From Octopus bimaculoides (Eukaryota), in contig NC_068984.1 in assembly GCF_001194135.2 (NCBI RefSeq), positions 67,443,783 to 67,488,470 on the forward strand: 44,688 nt of DNA. The letters are read 5' to 3'. Of the stretch, positions 38,845 through 44,688 are shown in pieces. Under the pieces are notes generated by a model that had not been told where the DNA came from, did not search any database, and worked only from the letters and a program-made list of their open reading frames with translations. Position numbers and translations under genes: made by a program. Positions within the stretch are counted from its first letter, which is position 1, and every line of letters begins with the position of its first letter.

Positions 38845-39141
38845 TGCCGAATGAATCGATCTCAGTTCGTTAATTCTTATAAGACTGGTACTTATTTCGT
38901 CAGGGTCTCTTAGTCCGAACCGCTAAGTTACGAAGATGTAAACAAACACAGACACACACACATAGATATATATATTCATATATAGGACGGGATTCTTTCG
39001 GTTTCCGACAACCAAATCTGGTCTGAAAGCTTTGATCGACCCTGGGGTGTATAGAAGACACTTGCTTGGTTTGTCACCGATAGGGACTGAATGCGGAACC
39101 ATGTAGCTGGGAAGCAAACTTCTTACTACACATTCAGGCCT
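38845..39141 (-). mobile_element. SINE family B
   Basis: gaaccgctaagttacg ... tatagaagacacttgc ... gggactgaatgcggaaccatgt ... aagcaaacttcttac is the reverse complement of the family B head and body. Confidence 0.85.
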
Positions 39142-39764
39142 AACATGGTTATCTAATTATTTTCTGCAATTTTTTTTGTCACAGAGTATTGTATAACGAA
39201 AATTGGAAATTTCATTTTATTACTTGAATCATTATTATATAAGTTCCGTTTTAAGACTTTATTTCTACTAATAATACAACCTGGTTTCGGATACCACTTT
39301 CAACCAATTCACTTAGCTAGATGACTGCTGAAATGAATGAACGTTACATAATCTCATACGTTACACTATATCTGTGACCTTGAGTCGACATAAAAATCAA
39401 TATGAAACAATTCTACAGAATGAAGCAAATATATAGAATTTAATATATTTAGTCTGTGACTTTTGCAAAATTATTGTCGATATTTTCTAATCGACAAATT
39501 TATCAATTGTTAAAAATTTATTTTTGACAGTTTTATGCTTTTCGCGGGTTAAAAGATCAATCATTATAGAAAGCAATGTCAAAAGAATATATCTGCTAGC
39601 AGAAAATAAGTATTCATCAAAGAGAGAAATACGTTTCTTTGATTTATATTTAGGGAAGTAAGTAAATATATTTTGAAGTGATAAATTTATATATTTAGCA
39701 TCTATTTCAAAACATTAATAATTTGCATCGTTTTTATACAAATAGAATGGTAAGCGATATTATA

Positions 39765-39786
39765 CATATATACATTTATATGAACA

Positions 39787-39818
<32 letters not shown>

Positions 39819-40190
39819 TTATATACATATATATATAGTCATATATATGTATATATGTATATATATTTATATATTGATATACGTATGAGTGTGTGCGTAG
39901 ATATATATATAGCTATATGTATGTAAGTGTCTGCCTATGTAAAAACAGAAGGATACAGAAAAGTTTATATACATGCATTTACTTATCTACGTAAATATAT
40001 GTATTCGAATATATGTTGATACACACATATATATATATATATAATGGTATATGGGTATGTATTTTTAAATACATATATGTGTGTGTGGTTGCGTCTGTGC
40101 TGTGTGTGGTGCGTGTTGTGTTGTGTGTGTGTGTTTTTGTGTGCACGTGTGTGTGTGTGTTGTGTGTGTGTGTGTGTGTGTGTGTGTGCT
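39765..40190. repeat. Compound (CA)n/(TA)n/(TG)n microsatellite field
   Basis: Directly visible. Confidence 0.9.
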
Positions 40191-42187
40191 TGAAAACTGA
40201 AATTCAGTTTTCACTGTATTGATAAAGAGACACTTCGGATCAGAAGAGTTTTCTGTACGCCTGGTTTGATATTGACTAAAATGTATTTATGGTTGCTTCT
40301 CTGTGACACTGGAATCATAGCGTGTCATAAACCCGATTGATTGATTTCTAAAATGATGTGCCTTTATTCAAATATCCTCAATTCATACATTAAAGTAGCC
40401 AAAATCAATTGTTCATTTAATGTTGTCATTTGCTTTCAACTTACACATAATATATATTTCTATTGGCAGTTTTTAATAATTCATATCTTTAATTCAATTA
40501 AAGTGTAACATTGTGTTATGTATGTTTATCTTAATTTTAAATACTATAATTTATGCCACCTTGCATAATTGATGACATTTCTAAGAGAATATATAAACAT
40601 GACTGTGAAGACAAAGAAGAAAAATTACAACTCCATAATGTTTCGTATAATGTATATTAGAGGGAATGCGGCGTTAACTAAAACGCAATTCAAATACAAT
40701 TGCGTAGAGAATACAGAAAAAATATAAAATGGAATTTTATTATGAGAGTTGATATTAATTTCAATTTGTATAATTGCTTCTTACACCACTGTTATATTAA
40801 ACTGAGATATTGTATATGGCGAAATATTGATAGCGTACTGTATGAATACCATTGCATACATATCATTACAAAATATACCATTTGTTAATCAGAAAAGTAT
40901 TCTTTTATACAACGTTGTATAATGAATATTTCCACTCCAGTATTTCAGTCGAAAGGTAAATAGTAATTTAAATCAATGTTTTAAATTGATATCAGACTAC
41001 AGTAGAGTTTTTCTTGAATACAAGAAGTATTGACATCTAAATGTTGCTTCACATAAAATCGAATTTAACTTTAAATCAGATAAGTGAACCAATTACGAAC
41101 CTGATATGAATATTAACGGTTAAGTCAACAGAACATTCTAAAATACATATTCTAGTATTAGATAATTTTCATTTATCCGCCGTTTGAATGTAGCATTCTC
41201 AAAACATTAAAATCAATATGCTACACCAGTCTTATATTTTATCAATATTCGTGTTCATTTAAAGTTAGATCACAAGCTACTCACAGAGATACGATAGTTT
41301 CAGTTACAACAGATACTCGCCAGAGTATAGTTTAATTTAGACTTTTCTTAATGGATTTGACATATACTGAAAGTTATATGCGAGAATGGTGTATAATTGC
41401 TAATTAAACACATACACGAAAGAATGGTCATTTCATAGATATTGATTCTGATACGTATACATACAGCCATGCAAGCACTGTACATTATTTGCAAATCCCG
41501 AATATTACTCAAGTGAAAATCGGAAGTAAAACATTTATTATGCATATATTTTCATTGCAGAGCCAGACAAAATACTCGATATTTCATTTTAAGATGTAAC
41601 TGTAATCATTGAAAAATACGTCTTTAAAGAAAATAATTGAATAGAAATTTCAACCGTGATTAAATGAATTCCTTGTTCTGCTTTCGATTAACAACTAGCC
41701 TTTTATTGAAACTATTATTATACTACGAATAAAAGCAGTTTTTGTTACGATGTGTAGAAGAATGAATCTACGCCATCATTTTACTTGGTCATTTTTCAGT
41801 TGATACTACAAGGATTAAAACTATGACTACTTAAACACGTAGGTTTTACACTAACTATTCTAATAGCATTATCTAGCTATACTTATTATACCACAAGTCT
41901 AATACCAGAGTATAATTTGAAGGGAGAATTGTGGAAAAGAGTACGTAAAATTATTTGAAGGCGAGTAGAAGGCAAATTTGAAATAAAGAATTAGAAACAG
42001 AAGCCAAGAAGACAAAACAAGAGTTCACAAATATAGAGCTTACGAAATAAATCTGTCAAGAGAAAATACTGCTATTTATATAATATCCAATCCGATTTGT
42101 GCACTTCTTGTCTATTACTAATGGATGGGTTCAGTTTCTTAATGATCTGCATGATCCCAAACTAGCCATGTTCTAACATTTACTTAA

Positions 42188-43909
42188 CCCTATATTGCAT
42201 ACTGTGCATTTAAAATAACAAACCAAAAAGTGCATAAATGTCTGATTTTAATCTAAAGAAACGCTCTTCTTTGGTTTTTGAACAGACGTCCTACGTGTAA
42301 ACAAGTCTTTACAGCAAAAAACGACTTTGTATGCTTCAAAACAACCGGCAGACTTATATTTTCAAGAATACTGAAATTTCAAATTGTAAAACTTCACTAA
42401 ACTTATAATTTATGAACAAATTATTTTGTACTGTTTCACAAGTTTTTCAAGTTACTTCACTAAAATTGTTCGTGGACATTGATAGAAAAGAATGCAAAAT
42501 ATTGTTTTCATTCTTTGTTACTTAAAAAAACAGTGTGCATTCTACTATAATTACTTGCAGAAAGTGACTGCTTACACAAACTGAGAATTGAAAATTTCAA
42601 GCTTCTCTGAGTAACATTAGAAAGCTTTTCATATCTTTTATCACCTTCACAGAAAGATGAACTGCAGCAGATTCTGCGGTAAAGAGAAACCACAGTGTTA
42701 TCGGAAATAGATGGGCTTATGAAACATGACCAAATAAACCAGACTTGGCATCTGGAAGATTGCGATGATACTGCCGCAAAATATACCAAGAAACAAATTA
42801 TACAAGCTGTATTTTGACAATTGCTTTTCAAGTGGTGAGCACGTAAGGCCTCTACACGAACTGGGTATAGTAATATGTTGGTACAGTGCATGTCACTTGT
42901 TAACCTGGATGTAATTTGTGATTAGACGCAGCATTAAATGGCAGGGGGTCGGTCAACGTATGGACGACCTATTTTGATGGCGTGGAGATCAGTGCGGCAA
43001 AATAATTCGATAATTGTGGTGTTACTATTTTCAACATATGAAGTGGTCGATCCAACCACTGAAATCTCCAGATTTGACAGAAAATTAAAGTACTCTGTAA
43101 CCATTCTTTCTCTTCAATGTTTTGCGATTGAAATGAATTCATGAGTGGGGTAGATTTACTGAATGGACTGTTGTGCCTCTACAAAAGCCATGTTCACTAA
43201 AAACGTTGTACCGTTGATATATTCTCCACATTCTCGAAATGATTGTGGGTACAATCATAGCTTCTAGTCCGACGTTATGAAGCTGAGAACGTATCAAACA
43301 TAAATCTTAGAGATTTCAAAGTGAGCATTTCGAGTCACATATGAGATCAGCTAAATCCAATTCAGCAAAAGAGTACTCTCACCACTAAGCCAAGTAGAAA
43401 GGCAAATGCAGACCAGAAAGTCCAAAGCAACGACAGCCACAATAGCAAATAGGCTAATCCACATGGATCGTATAGATGACAGGCCTCACAACTTGGAAGG
43501 GAGTAAAAAGGATAGATGCAAGAATCCAGGTTGTGACTCAATTTCAAGGGTTAGCTGTGGTAAATGTAATGTTAATTTTTGTTTTATAGAAAAATTAAAC
43601 TGTGTCAAGCACATTCACACTGAATAAAACCAGTTTTTGTTTTACCATATATCAAGCAGACACTTTTATTGTTATTCTTGTGCTTTTAGATAGCCTTTGT
43701 GTGATACTCATTACATTTCAAGTATTTATTTACAATTTTAATTACATTATTTGCATACTATCACTTCTGATTAACAAAGCTCCATATCACCACATATTCA
43801 CACTTACATGACACTTTGCAAGGATTCACTTGTCAATTATAAATTTTGATTGAATTTCAGTAAAAATAATTTCATTGTAACTGTCCTTAGTAATTCATAC
43901 AATATAGGG
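42188..43909 (+). mobile_element. piggyBac DNA transposon, internally deleted and non-autonomous, termini intact
   Basis: TTAA at 42184-42187 and 43910-43913. TIRs ccctatattgcat (42188-42200) and atacaatataggg (43897-43909) match 12/13 and start with CCC as in piggyBac. Transposase remnants inside. Confidence 0.92.
42700..43627 (+). pseudogene. piggyBac transposase remnant (DDD domain pieces and C-terminal cysteine-rich domain)
   Basis: YKLYFDNCFS (42801; second catalytic D motif), AWRSVRQNN..VLLFST..PTTEISRFDRK, FMSGVDLLNGLL (43138; GGVD motif), and RCKNPGC...SRVSCGKCNVNFCF...NC (CRD, in ORF 43406-43627). Frameshifts and stops between them. Confidence 0.88.
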
Positions 43910-43917
43910 TTAAATCC

Positions 43918-44095
43918 AGGCGGCGAGTTGAGAGAATCATTATCGCTCCTGACAAAATACTTAACGGCATTTTTCCGACATTTTTTCACATATCACCAAG
44001 GTCGACAACCAGTTAAGCACTGTGATCGATGTAATCGATTTATCCTACCTTCCCCGAAATTACTAGCCGTGTTTCAAAATTTGGAACCAATGTAT
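43918..44095 (+). mobile_element. Degraded SINE family A
   Basis: aggcggcgagttg...aaggtcgac..accagttaagcactgtgatcgatgtaatcga. Confidence 0.7.
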
Positions 44096-44397
44096 ATTTA
44101 AGTCCATATTTCAATCATTTCAGACAAGTCACTCCAAAATTTAACAGTCGATATTAAAAGTTACTTAGACGACATATAAATTAATACTTTTGCCAAATAC
44201 ACTTTTGTCTGGAATTTTACGTCGGTTATGACAGATATAAAATATTTAATGAAGTATTTCAAACTCATAAACTAGAAGTTCAAAACTTAAATATGGTTAG
44301 ATATCAAATTTGGTGTCCAGTAATTTCACCGTAGTCACTGTCAAAGATAATAGACGATATTAAAAATCACGAAAAATATTTCTAAATGTCATTGTTG

Positions 44398-44454
44398 ATA
44401 ATAATAATAATAATGATGATGATGATGATGATGATGATGATTAAGATGATGATG

Positions 44455-44488
<34 letters not shown>
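44398..44488 (+). repeat. (AAT)n/(GAT)n trinucleotide tract
   Basis: Directly visible. Confidence 0.95.
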
Positions 44489-44489
<1 letters not shown>

Positions 44490-44688
44490 TACATGATCTA
44501 AAAAATCAAATCATGATTGAATGGCTGAAAATTAAAGAAACTAGTATGAATGAACGCGACACTCTCCCCCAAATTCGCAATTCTAACCAAAACCTGAAAA
44601 TAATTGGTAAAATCCGCCTTGCACTTAAGGATATAATTTCAGCTAATGATGTTGATATTACAGATCTCAACCACCTGTACTATGCATC
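44489..44688 (+). mobile_element. Probable start of a 5'-truncated R4/Dong-like LINE ORF (runs off the window end)
   Basis: Stop-free frame right after (TAA)n: LHDLKNQIMIEWLKIKETSMNERDTLPQIRNSNQNLKIIGKIRLALKDIISANDVDITDLNHLYYA. Resembles my recollection of the R4-clade pre-RT region (ERxxLP ... ITxLNxLxYA). Confidence 0.5.

Noticed and set aside
25-40222. ORFs with poly-YI, CV, HT, poly-L, poly-V/A, poly-Y/C and poly-I runs
   Set aside because: They are translations of di- and trinucleotide microsatellites with no domain content.
1-44688. CRISPR arrays, tRNA/rRNA genes, prokaryotic operons
   Set aside because: No repeat-spacer periodicity. The tRNA-like boxes belong to SINE heads and do not fold into complete cloverleaves, and the sequence is eukaryotic repeat-rich DNA.

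Overview
AT-rich eukaryotic intergenic or intronic DNA, most likely from a coleoid cephalopod (Octopus). This assignment rests on recalled Octopus-type SINE families and the extreme microsatellite load, not on a database search. I find no supportable host protein-coding gene, rRNA, tRNA or CRISPR array; most ORFs in the track are microsatellite artefacts. The window records many transposon insertions: (1) three 5'-truncated non-LTR retrotransposon remnants resembling the R4/Dong clade, each starting right after an (AAT)n tract (11641, 12736, 44489); (2) a non-coding element dimer embedded in (AAT)n (1073-1871); (3) a 1.72-kb decayed piggyBac with 13-bp TIRs and TTAA duplications at both ends (42188-43909); (4) a palindromic mariner-derived element (21617-22152); (5) two Penelope-like GIY-YIG remnants; (6) many SINEs of at least three families, including a SINE inserted into another SINE with a 17-bp TSD and a nested inverted SINE set; (7) two unexplained fold-back structures (3003-3370, and a 45-bp-stem hairpin at 13723-13823). 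The most system-like signal is repeated use of (TAA)n microsatellites as insertion targets. There are two 10-N assembly gaps. All family assignments come from motif recognition by eye and need HMM/BLAST confirmation.
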